Below the pieces are notes generated by a model. It did not search any database. It had not been told where the DNA came from and was given only the letters and a program-made list of their open reading frames with translations. A DNA stretch of 64,000 bases. Source: Squalus acanthias. Lineage: Eukaryota. Position numbers and translations under genes: made by a program. The stretch spans positions 98,148,001 to 98,212,000 of the forward strand of contig CM059431.1 of assembly GCA_030390025.1 (NCBI GenBank), in the 5' to 3' direction. Positions 39,801 through 51,268 of the stretch are shown here, piece after piece (position 1 is the stretch's first letter; each line of letters begins with the position of its first letter).

Positions 39801-41520
39801 ACACTCAGAGTTACTGCCCCTTACACACTCAGAGTTACTGCCCCTTACACACTCAGAGTTACTGCCCCTGACACACTCAGAGTTACTGCTCCTTACACAC
39901 TCAGAGTTACTACCCCTGACACACTCAGTGTTACTGCCCCTTTCACACTCAGAGTTACTGCTCCTTACACACTCAATATTACTGCCCCTTACACACTCAG
40001 AGTTACTGCCCCTTACACACTCTACATTACTGCCCCTGACACACTCAGAGTTACTGCCCCTTACACACTCAGAGTTACTGCCCTGACACACTCAGAGTTA
40101 CTGCCCCTTACACACTCAGAGTTACTGCCACTGACACACTCAGAGTTACTGCCCCTTACACACTCAGAGTTACTGCCCCTTACACACTCAGAGTTACTGC
40201 TCCTTACACACTCAGCGTTACTGCCCCTTACACACTCAATATTACTGCCCCTTACACACTCAGAGTTACTGCCCCTTACACACTCAGAGTTACTGCCCCT
40301 TACACACTTAGAGTTACTGCCCCTTACACACTCAGAGTTACTGCCCCTGACACACTCAGAGTTACTGCTCCTTACACACTCAGCATTCCTGCCCCTTACA
40401 CACTCAATATTACTGCCCCTTACACACTCAGAGTTACTGCCCCTTACACACTTAGAGTTACTGCCCCGGACACACTCAGAGTTACTGCCCCTTACACACT
40501 CAGAGTTACTGCCCCTTACACACTTAGAGTTACTGCCCCTTACACACTCAGAGTTACTGCCCCTGACACACTCAGAGTTACTGCTCCTGACACGCTCAGA
40601 GTTACTGCCCCAACACACTCAGAGTTACTGCCCCTTACACACTCAGAGTTACTGCCCCTGACACACTCAGAGTTACTGCTCCTGACACGCTCAGAGTTAC
40701 TGCCCCTGACACACTCAGAGTTACTGCTCCTGACACGCTCAGAGTTACTGCCCCTTTCACACTCAGAGTTACTGCTCCTTACACACTCAGAGTTACTGCC
40801 CCTTACACACTCAATTTTATTGCCCCTTACACACTCAGAGTTACTGCCCCTGACACACTCAGAGTTACTACCCCTGACACACGCAGAGTTACTGGCCCTG
40901 ACACACTCAGAGTTACTGCCCCTTACACACTCAGAGTTACTGCCCCTGACACACTCAGAGTAACTGCCCCTTACACACTCAATATTACTGCCCCTTACAC
41001 ACTCAGAGTTACTGCCCCTGACACACTCAGAGTTACTGCCCCTTACACACTCAGAGTTACTGCCCCTGACACACTCAGAGTAACTGCCCCTTACACACTC
41101 AATATTACTGCCCCTTACACACTCAGAGTTACTGCCCCTTACGCACTCAGAGTTACTGCCCCTGACACACTCAGAGTAACTGCCCCTTACACACTCAATA
41201 TTACTGCCCCTTACACACTCTCGGTATTACTGCCCCTTACGCACTCAGAGTTACTGCCCCTGACACACTCAGAGTTACTGCCCCGACACACTCAGAGTTA
41301 CTGCCCCTTACACACTCAGAGTTACTGCCCCTGACACACTCAGAGTTACTGCCCCGACACACTCAGAGTTACTGCCCCGACACACTCAGAGTTACTGCCC
41401 CTTACACACTCAGAGTTACTGCCCCTGACACACTCAGAGTTACTGCCCCTGACACACTCAGAGTTACTGCCCCGACACACTCAGAGTTACTGCCCCTGAC
41501 ACACTCAGAGTTACTGCTCT
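27900..41520 (+). repeat. 24-bp satellite array, about 13.6 kb (roughly 565 units), with higher-order repeats
   Basis: Unit ttactgcccct(t/g)acacactcagag; identical ORF-track entries recur at offsets of 1223, 2179, 2683 and 3547 bp. Confidence 0.98.
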
Positions 41521-41539
41521 AACATAGTGCATGTCTGTG

Positions 41540-41900
41540 AACGATGTCACCGAGGGGCAGCACTGCCATTGAGGAGAATGAGGGGGCCAATGATATGACC
41601 TTGGGCACTCTGGCGGTGATGGTGCAAGTTAGGACACCTTTGTTGGAGATGCTCTGGCTATGTCCGGACAGGTGGGAATGTGATCCTGGGTGGAAAGTTG
41701 GACAACAGGAGTGATGCTTTGGAAGACAATGGCGTGGTCAACCATGCAGAGTGGTCAAGGAGGACCAGGAGAGATAATGCCCACCAGTCACAGAGGATGT
41801 CACTCGGGGCCTTTTTAGTACGGTGAGATGCGTGGAAACCAAACTGGAAGGATGTGAACAGAGTTATGGCAGAGATGGGTCAAACATTACAGAGTTCTTG
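41540..41900 (-). mobile_element. Old L2-like RT remnant
   Basis: Minus strand gagtgcccaaggtc..ttggccccctcattctcc (VPQG..GPL-like); highly degenerate. Confidence 0.45.
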
Positions 41901-42033
41901 AAGAAATAATGAAGAGGGTCAAAAACTAAATGCAGTGGATGCGATTTATATGCACTTTCAAAAAGCATTTGATAAGGTTCCAGATAAAAGACTTACGGGG
42001 CGATACCGAATTTCTCCCCTTATGTCTTGATAA

Positions 42034-43128
42034 ATGGGAATCATGGGGAAAACTCTCCACTGGCTGGAGTCACACCTAGCACAGAGGAAGATGGTTGTGG
42101 TTGTTGGAGGTCAATCATCTCAGCCCCAGGACATCGCTGCAGGAGTTCCTCAAGGCAGTGTCCGAGGCCCAACCATCTTCAGCTGCTTCATCAATGACCT
42201 TCCCTCCATCATAAGATCAGAAATGGGGATGTTTGCTGATGATTGCACAGTGTTCAGTTCTATTCGCAACTCCTCAGATAACGAAGCAGTCCATGCCCGA
42301 ATGTAACAAGATCTGGACAACATTCAGAGTTGGGCTGATAAATGGCAAATGATATTCACGCCACACAGGTGCCAGGCAATGTTTATCTTCAACAAGCGAG
42401 AGTCTAACCACCTCCCCTTGACATTCAACGGCATTACCATCACCGAATCCCCCACCATCAACATCCTGGGATTAACCATTGCCCAGAACTGGACCAGCCA
42501 CATAAATACAGTGGCTACAAGAGCAGGCCAGAGGCTGGGTATTCTGTGGCGAGTGTCTCACCTCCTGACTCCCCAAAGCCTTCCACCATCTACAAGGCAC
42601 AAGTCAGGAGTGTGATGGAATACTCTCCACTTGCCTGGATGAGTGCAGCTCCAACAACACTCAAGAAGCTCGACACCATCCAGGACAAAGCAGCCCGCTT
42701 GATTGGCACCCCATCCACCACCTTAAACATTCACTCCCTCCACCACCGGCATACCGTGGCTGCAGTGTGTACCATCCACAAGATGCACTGCAGCAACTCG
42801 CCAAGGCTTCTTCGGCAGCACCTCCCGAACCCGCGACCTCTACCACCTAGAAGGACAAGGGTAGTAGGTGCATGGGAACACCACCACCTCCAAGTTCCCC
42901 TCCAAGTCACACACCATCCTGACTTGGAAATATATCACCGTTCCTTCATCGTCGCTGGGTCAAAATCCTGGAACTCCCTCCCTAACAGCACTGTGGGAGT
43001 ACCTTCACCACACGGACTGCAGCGGTTCAAGAAGGCGGCTCACCACCACCTTCTCGAGGGGCAACTAGGGATGGCAATAAATGCTGGCCTTGCCAGCGAT
43101 GCCCACATCCCATAAACAAATTTAAAAA
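42034..43128 (+). mobile_element. CR1-group LINE (distinct family), 3' part of RT
   Basis: GVPQGSVRGPTIFSCFINDL, MFADD, YKAQVRSVMEY, WNSLP; 3' end aataaatgctggccttgccagcgatgcccacatccc plus A-rich tail. Confidence 0.9.
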
Positions 43129-44269
43129 AGCTCCAGTCACCCTAAACTTTGCCTTTTGCCTTCGTTCAAGGTACAGTACTTGTATTTATTAATCATGTAA
43201 TTTGCAGAACTGAGGATGATTATGACCCAGAAACCAGAACCACGAACTAAACCATTCTAACCAAACAACAGCTCATATTTCCCCCATTAATATGGGTACT
43301 GATTGAAGTTGATCTGAACAAAATGTTCTTTAAATTAACATTATCATTTAATGAGTCTTCATAGAGTTGTGTATAGGGAACTATTGTGGCCACTATCCTT
43401 TTATAGGCAAACATTCACTTCCTGTTACATCATGCTCTTATAACCCAACTATAGCATCACAAGTTTCCTAAGAGTTGCATAGTTCGATCAAAAATCCTTC
43501 AGGTTGCATGTGATGGCGAGAAACATGCATGAACTTCAAAGGCCCTTTCATCTCTCCACACTTCCAGGGGCTTTTTTTTGTCATGCCACTAAATCAAAAA
43601 CTCTGCTGAGGGCACAAAAATGGAAAGTCCCGCAGAAAATCCTTTCCAGCTGATTTCCTGATGGATTGAGCAGCTGACCCATTCAGGCCAGGAAGACCCC
43701 AGCTCCGACCGCCCCGCCCCCCACCCAACCCCCCGCCAGTCTGTAATGAGTTAGCCGATCTTAGCCGGGGTGGGCAGGGGTGGCTAACAGTTAAACCAGG
43801 GCCGGGGGCAGGAGAGGGAAATTGGCCAAGGATGCCGCTTGTTTTCACTGTCCAATCCATCCTGCGATTGTGCCGACGCGAGTTCAGCCGCGGCTGTGAT
43901 GGCTCCCACAGTTCACCAAGACTTGGAAAAGAGACTTGGGTCCCATTCCAGAGGGTGACCAGCACCCATGGTCCAGCACCTCCGGATGGAACCAATGCCT
44001 TCAAGAGCAGAGGAGGTAAGGGGACGGAGTAATTTGACATTGAAGTGAAATATTACATTTCCTGGCAATTCCAAATTGAAATTAACTGTGGTGATGAGCA
44101 GCCTCCACCAATCCCCTCCTCTGATTATACACTGAAACACCCCGAGCTGTGACAAGACAAGCAATACAAGACCTTCGTTACATATTCAAAGTGACATATA
44201 AATGATAAGCAAAATGGACCCAAATTTCCACACATGAGTGAATGCTCAGAAACTGTAAACTGACAAAAG

Positions 44270-44935
44270 GCCACATAGCTCATGAGGGAGGCCATTCAGC
44301 CCATCTTAATTTATCTACCCGAATGACCCTACCGCTCCCCAGTGTAGTGTCTCGGTTTTTAAATAATCCCCGGGTTTCTGCCTCCACCTCTCCCCGCAGG
44401 AGTCCGATCCATGTGCTGGTCACTCTTTGTATGAAGAAGAATTTCCTGATGCAAGTTCTAACTTTGCTTATTACTCATTGGAACCTGTGTCCCTTCATCC
44501 TCTGCTCACAGTTTAGTTTGGAGGGTCGTTCTGCATTTACATTATCTACTCCGCTCACTGTCCTCTACGTTTCCAGAAGTTCTCAGTCACCCACCTCTCA
44601 AGGCTGAAATTCCCAAGGCCATGAATTTCCTGGGAGCTGCTCCATCGCCGGAAGTGCAGAGCAAATCCCAGTTACATACATGAACGAGCAGCTCCCACGA
44701 AATTCCCGGTCTTAGACTCTCCAGTCTTAGTTAGGAATTTAGTCCTCTGAAACTGGGATCGGCCCTGTGGCTCTTCTCTGCACTGCCTCCAACACTTGAA
44801 TGCCTCCCTTGTGTCTGAGTGAGCAGAGCTGGACACAGTGCTCAAGGTGGAATCTGACCCGAGCCCTGTACAGTTTGATCATGGCTTTCTCTGACTTCTA
44901 TTCTACTCTTTTGATTATCTAGTTCAGAATTCCCT
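44270..44935 (-). mobile_element. Old CR1 3' fragment containing a small MITE
   Basis: ggccattcagccc tail; ctggacacagtgctcaaggtgg (HLEHCVQ on the minus strand). Confidence 0.65.
44617..44711. mobile_element. About 95-bp MITE with ~26-bp imperfect terminal inverted repeats
   Basis: ggccatgaatttcctgggagctgctc versus gagcagctcccacgaaattcccggtc. Confidence 0.6.
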
Positions 44936-44939
44936 CTCA

Positions 44940-46305
44940 GCCCACTGACTCACACAGCTACCTGGACTACACTTCCTCCCACCCCGCTTCCTGGAAGGAC
45001 TCTATTCCATTCTTCCAGTTTCTCCGTCTCGGTCGCATCTGTTCTGACGATGCCACCTTCCATGCCAGTGCTTCCAACATGTCTTCCTTTTTCCTCAACC
45101 GAGGATTCCCCTCCACCGTGGTTGACACGGCCCTCGACTGTGTCTGTTCCATTTCCCGCACTTCCGCTCTCAACCCTTCCCCTCCCTCCCGGAACCACGA
45201 TAGAGTTCTCCTTGTCCTCACCTTTCACCCCACCAGCCTCCACATTCAACGGATCATCCTCCGCCATTTCCGCCACATCCAACGTGATCCCACCACCAAA
45301 CACATCTTCCCCTCACCTCCCCTTTCAGCATTCCGAAGGGACTGCTCCCTCCGCGACACCCTGGTCCACTCCTCAATCACCCCCAACACCCCTTCCCCTT
45401 CGCCCGGCACCTTCCTGTGCAAGCGCAGGAGATGCAACACATGCCCTTATACCTCCCCCCTTCCCACTGTCCAGGGCCCCAAACACCCTTTCCAGATGAA
45501 ACAGCGATTTACTTGTACTTCTTGCAATTTAGTATACTGTATTCGCTGCTCACGATGCGGTCTCCTCTACATTGGGGAGACCAAACTTAGATTGGGTGAC
45601 CGCTTTGCGGAACACCTCCGTTCAGTCCGTAAGCGTGACCCCGAGCTTCCGGTCGCCTGTCACTTTAATTCTCCGCTCCATTCCCACTCAGACCTCACCT
45701 GTCCTCGGCCTCTTGCATTGTTCCAATGAAGCTCAACGTAAGCTCGAGGAACAGCACCTCATCTTTCGATTAGGCACTTTACAGCCTTCCGGACTCAATA
45801 TCGAGTTCAACAATTTCAGATCATAGCCTCTGCCCCTATTTTTTCACGTAGCAGCTGTTGATGATTCTGCCATTCCCATTTACACCTCCTCTAGACCCAT
45901 CTTTTCATAGAATCATAGAAAGTTACAGCACAGGAGGAGGCCATTCGGCCCATCTTGTCCGTACCGGCCGACAAAGAGCGATCCACCCTAATCCCAATTT
46001 CCAGCGCTTGGTCCGCAGCCTTTTGTTTCTTAACTTGTCCCATTACCATCTCCTTTTGCCTCGCACCATCATCCCTTTTGTCATTTAATCTCTCCTGCCT
46101 TCCACCCTATCACAGACCTTCCCTTTTGTTCTTTCCTCCCCTCCCACCTTTCCCTGCCCCTACACTTGCTTAAAACCTGTGACATCTCTAAGTTTTTCCA
46201 GTTCTGACGAAAGGTCATTGACCTGAAACGTTAACTCTGTTTCTCTCTCCACAGATGCTGCCTGACCTGCTGAGTATTTCCAGCATTTTCAGTTTTTATT
46301 TCAGC
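44940..46305 (+). mobile_element. Penelope-like element (same family as 7590-8891), frameshifted, with a minus-strand CR1 tail at about 45906-46020
   Basis: Closely similar to the first copy; GIY-YIG motif LVYCIRC..LYIGETK. Confidence 0.92.
46200..46236 (+). ncRNA. Minimal hammerhead ribozyme (Penelope-associated)
   Basis: AGTT-CTGACGA-A-AGGTC(ATT)GACCT-GAAA-CG-TT-AACT. Confidence 0.8.
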
Positions 46306-46399
46306 GTTCCATTGGCATTGTTGGGTGCTGCTCTACATTGGCTGGACATGTTGAGTGTCGATTCTACTAAGACTCCTCGGTCTCTTTCAGCAGAGGATC

Positions 46400-47012
46400 A
46401 GAGAATCACACAGCACAAAGTGCCGGCTCTTTGAAAGAGCTCTCCAATTAGTCCCACTCCCCCCGCTCTTTCCCCATAGCCCTGCAAATCTTTCCTTTTC
46501 AAGTATACATCCAATTTCCCTTTTGAAAGTTACTATTGAATCTGCTTCCACATCATGACTACTCACTGCGTAAAAATAATTCTCCTCATCTCCCCTCTGG
46601 TTCTTTTGCCAATCACCTTAAATCTGTGTCCTCTGGTTACCGACCCTTCTGCCACTGGAAACTGTTTCTCCTTACTGACTCTATCAAAACCCTTCACAAT
46701 TTTGAACACCTCTATTAAATCTCCCCTTTAACCTTCTCTGCTCTAAGGAGAACAATCCCAGCTTCTCCAGTCTCTCCACATAACTGGATACCATTCCAGT
46801 AAATCTCCTCTGCACCCTCTCCAAGGCCTTGACATCCTTCCTGAAGTGTGGTGCCCAGAATTGACACAATACTCCAGCTGGGGTCAAACCAGTGATTTGT
46901 AAAGATTTAGCATCACTTCCTTGCTTTTGTACTCGATACCTGTATTTATAAAGCCAAGGATGCCATATGCTTTTTTAACAGCGTTTTCCATTTGTCCTGC
47001 CACATTCAAAGA
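46400..47012 (-). mobile_element. CR1 3' fragment
   Basis: [47 protein letters not shown]. Confidence 0.88.
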
Positions 47013-47711
47013 TTTGAAAATTGTAGCTTCACCTTCAGCTATTTTAACACCATTCATGGAGTATGTATATTGCCCATTTTTTAATCCCTGGGGCGTTCCA
47101 CACAGCCACTGCCCCCAATATAATTCCGAGAACAAGAATCCACTCTTTTTTTATTAACCCTCTGCCAATTTCTTCTTCATTCCAGAATTCTATCCTGAAT
47201 CCCCTCAGTTTGCAGCTGACCTCGTTGCCTTTTGTGTGGAACTCAATCAAATCCCTTTTGGAAGGCAATGTCTTCAAAATCGTAGGACTCGCCAATAGTC
47301 CACTTGGGATGTTTCAGTTTCACCGCCATCCACTTGGAAATAGTTTAGCCAGAGCACCTGACACGCCGTCTAGTCTATTGACATCATCACTTCTCAATGA
47401 AAGCCACCGGGCAGCCAATCCCTTTATCTTACTTTACATCAAAGTCGAAATCATTCGGCACTTTATTGTATTCCAAACCTGTTGAATTTTCCTTTCAAGC
47501 ACATGACTGACATTAAGTGCCCTCACTAACATTCTGGTTTACACAGCGTTAGATCTAGGATTCTCAAAACAGGAGCTCAAACCCTTCCTGCTCATGGGTT
47601 TTTACAGCCCACATTCCTCTCCCTCCAATCCAACATTAATGATAGATCTTTCAGCTATCCGATCCTACCCTCTGGAATTCCCTCTCTGAACCCCCCTGCT
47701 TCTCAACTTTA

Positions 47712-50060
47712 CGTCTCAGCCCTGGCTCAGTGGGCAGCTCTCTCACCTGCGAGTCTAGAAGATCATGGGTTCAAGTCCCCATTCCAGAGACTTGAGCACA
47801 AAAATCTAGGCTGACACTCCCAGTGCAGTACTGAGGGAGCGCTGCACTGTCGGAGGGGCAGTCCTGAGGGAGCGCCGCACTGTCGGAGGGGCAGTACTGA
47901 GGGAGCGCTGCACTGTCGGAGGGGCAGTACTGAGGGAGCGCCGCACTGTCGGAGGGGCAGTACTGAGGGAGCGCCGCACTGTCAGAGGGGCAGTACTGAG
48001 GGAGCTCCGCACTGTCGGAGGGGCAGTACTGAGGGAGTGCTGCAATGTCGGAGGGTCAGTACTGAGGGAGCGCCACACTGTCGGAGGGGCAGTACTGAGG
48101 GAGCACCGCGCACTGTCGGAGGGCCAGAACCGAGAGAGCGCTGCACTGTCGGAGGGGCAGTACTGAGGGAGCGCTGCACTGTCGGAGGGGCGGTACTGAG
48201 GGAGCGCTGCACTGTCGGAGGGGCAGTACTGAGGGAGCGCTGCACTGTCGGAGGGGCAGTACTGAGGGAGCACCGCACTGTCGGAGGGGCAGTACTGAGG
48301 GAGCACTGCACTGTCAGAGGGGCAGTACTGAGGGAGTGCTGCACTGTCAGAGGGGCGGTACTGAGGGAGCACTGCACTGTCGGAGGGGCAGTACTGAGCG
48401 AGCGCTGCACTGTCGGAGGGGCAGTACTGAGGGAGCACCGCACTGTCGGAGGGGCGGTACTGAGGGAGCGCTGCACTGTCGGAGGGGCAGTACTGAGGGA
48501 GCGCTGCAGTCGGAGGGGCGATACTGAGGGAGCGCCGCACTGTCGGGAGGGACAGTACTGAGGGAGCACCACGCACTGTTGGAGGGCCAGAACTGAGGGT
48601 GTGCTGCACTGTCGGAGGGGCAGTACTGAGGGAGCGCCACACTGTCGGAGGGGCAGTACTGAGGGAGCGCTGCACTGTCGGAGGGGCGGTACTGAGGGAG
48701 CGCTGCACTGTCGGAGGGGCAGTACTGAGGGAGCGCTGCACTGTCGGAGGGGCAGTACTGAGGGAGCACCGCACTGTCGGAGGGGCAGTACTGAGGGAGC
48801 ACTGCACTGTCAGAGGGGCAGTACTGAGGGAGTGCTGCACTGTCAGAGGGGCGGTACTGAGGGAGCACTGCACTGTCGGAGGGGCAGTACTGAGCGAGCG
48901 CTGCACTGTCGGAGGGGCAGTACTGAGGGAGCACCGCACTGTCGGAGGGGCGGTACTGAGGGAGCGCTGCACTGTCGGAGGGGCAGTACTGAGGGAGCGC
49001 TGCAGTCGGAGGGGCGATACTGAGGGAGCGCCGCACTGTCGGGAGGGACAGTACTGAGGGAGCACCACGCACTGTTGGAGGGCCAGAACTGAGGGTGTGC
49101 TGCACTGTCGGAGGGGCAGTACTGAGGGAGCGCCACACTGTCGGAGGGGCAGTACTGAGGGAGCGCTGCACTGTCGGAGGGGCAGTACTGAGGGAGTGCT
49201 GCACTGTCGGAGGGGCAGTTACTGAGGGAGAGCTGCACTGTCGGAGGGGCAGTACTGAGGGAGTGCTGCATTGTCGGAGGGGCAGTACTGAGGGAGTGCT
49301 GCACTGTCAGAGGGGCAGTACTGAGGGAGCACCGCACTGTCGGAGGGGCAGTACTGAGGGAGCGCCGCACTGTCGGAGGGGTAGTACTGAGAGAGCGCCG
49401 CACTGTTGGAGGGGCAGTACAGAGGGAGCGCTGCACTGTCGGAGGTGCAGTACTGAGGGAGCGCTGCACTGTCGGAGGGGCAGTACTGAGGGAGCGCCGC
49501 ACTGTCGGAGGGGTAGTACTGAGAGAGCGCCGCACTGTTGGAGGGGCAGTACAGAGGGAGCGCTGCACTGTCGGAGGTGCAGTACTGAGGGAGCGCTGCA
49601 CTGTCGGAGGGGCAGTACTGAGGGAGCGCTGCACTGTCGGAGGTGTAGTCCTGAGGGAGTGCTGCACTGTTGGAGGGGCAGTACTGGGGGAGTGCCGCAC
49701 TGTCAGAGGGGCAGTACTGAGGGAGCGCCGCACTGTCGGAGGGACAGTACTGAGGGAGTGCTGCACTGTCGGAGGTGCCGTCTTTCAGATGAGATGTTAA
49801 GCCGAGGCCCCGTCTGCCCTCTCAAGTGGATGTAAAAGATCCCACGGCCACTATGCAAAGACGAGCAGGGGAGTTCTCCCCGGTGTCCTGGCCAATATTT
49901 ATCCCTCAACCAACATCACCAAAAACAATTAACGTGCTTGTTTATTCATTTGTTGTTTATGGGAGCTTGCTGTGCACAAATTGGCTGCCATGTGTCCTAC
50001 AAAACATCAGTGACTACACTTCCAAAGTACTTTGTTGGTTGTGAAGTGCTCTAGGATGTG
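47712..50060 (+). mobile_element. Deu-domain SINE with about 59 internal 33-bp repeats
   Basis: Head ctggctcagtggg...ggttcaagtccc; array 47825-49775; core and tail follow. Confidence 0.9.
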
Positions 50061-50999
50061 CGGAGGTGCTGTGTCACCAACACAACGTCTTTCTTACTTT
50101 CTCTCTCTGCCTTTAAAAGCCATCGCAAAAACCACCCGTCTCCTAAATGCCCATCAGAGCCTCAGCACCCCGTGCCTTCCTCCCTCTGTTACTTTCTGTT
50201 CAAGGCGGTGTATAAATGTGCGAAGCTGTGTTGGTTCAGTATTAAATATCAATGGAAGTTCTTTTTCCTTTCTATCGGCTTCAAGAATCAAAGTGAAGGA
50301 GAGGTTGTGGGATTACTCTCTGTCCCCACACACTGTCTACATCAGCTCTGATCTGGTGATCATTAACTGCACTCTATCTGGGATTAGAGTTTCCTGTGCG
50401 GTGAGTTTTATATGTAATAATTAAATGGGCGTGCAGAACTGGTGGACACTATCGGGCCACCTGCATCTCTGTAGGAGCGGCTTCAGGGATAGCAGTGAAA
50501 AATAAAAGCAGCTGTTTTATTTCCATTATTGAGACCTTGTCAATGGGCCGTCAGGATATGGAATTGCATCGGGTGAGAGGGAGGGGGAGGGGCAGATAGT
50601 CTGAATGTGAGTATGGAATTCAAGGTCAGACCTAACATTAGTGAGTTTAGTGAATGGGAAAATTTCAAAGCATCATCAGAGAATAAATACGGCCATAAAA
50701 ATTGAAATGAGCAAAGGGAGAGGGAGAGAGTGAAGCACGCTCCATCTTTAGTGTTCCTGCTGGAGATCTTTGCGTGCCAGGAGCATGTAGTGGCAGTCCT
50801 GGGGAAGTATGTGTCTGAACTCTGAGAATATAACACAACATGCGCACAAGAAGTGTACTAAAGCTGGCACTCGTCAAAAAGAATTTTTTCACCTATATTG
50901 ATGCCCCAGGATGTGAAGTTTCCCTGATGCACAGCAAGATCCCACAAACAGTAATTGAGTGACTATTAACCTGTTTTTGGAGGGGTTGGTCGAGGGACT

Positions 51000-51180
51000 C
51001 AAGCACGGCTTTCAAAAGGGAATTGGATAAGTAGCTGAGGGAAAGAAATTTGCAGGGCTACGGGGAAAGGGCGGGGGAGTGGGACTAGCTGAAGTGCTCT
51101 TGCAGAGAGCCGGCAAGGGCTCAACGGGCCGAATGGCCTCCTTCTGTGCTGTAACCATTCTATGATTCTACGATTCTATG
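51000..51180 (+). mobile_element. CR1 3' tail inserted in a minus-strand SINE remnant (about 50900-51230)
   Basis: gggccgaatggcctccttctgtgctgtaaccattctatgattc. Confidence 0.75.
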
Positions 51181-51268
51181 AGGAACATTGGCCCCGGGAT
51201 AACTCTCTGATCTTCCAGTGGTGCCACAGCATCATGGTGTCAGCGGAGACTCAGTGGGTCGCACGCTC

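Noticed and set aside
27736..40618. Long ORFs with TLRVTAPY, THSELLPL or SNSECVRG repeats
   Set aside because: Translations of the 24-bp satellite, with frequent frameshifts and open frames on both strands.
43594..44164. ORFs in unique sequence with a plus-strand GGTAAG donor near 44015
   Set aside because: No matching acceptor or recognisable protein in any frame.
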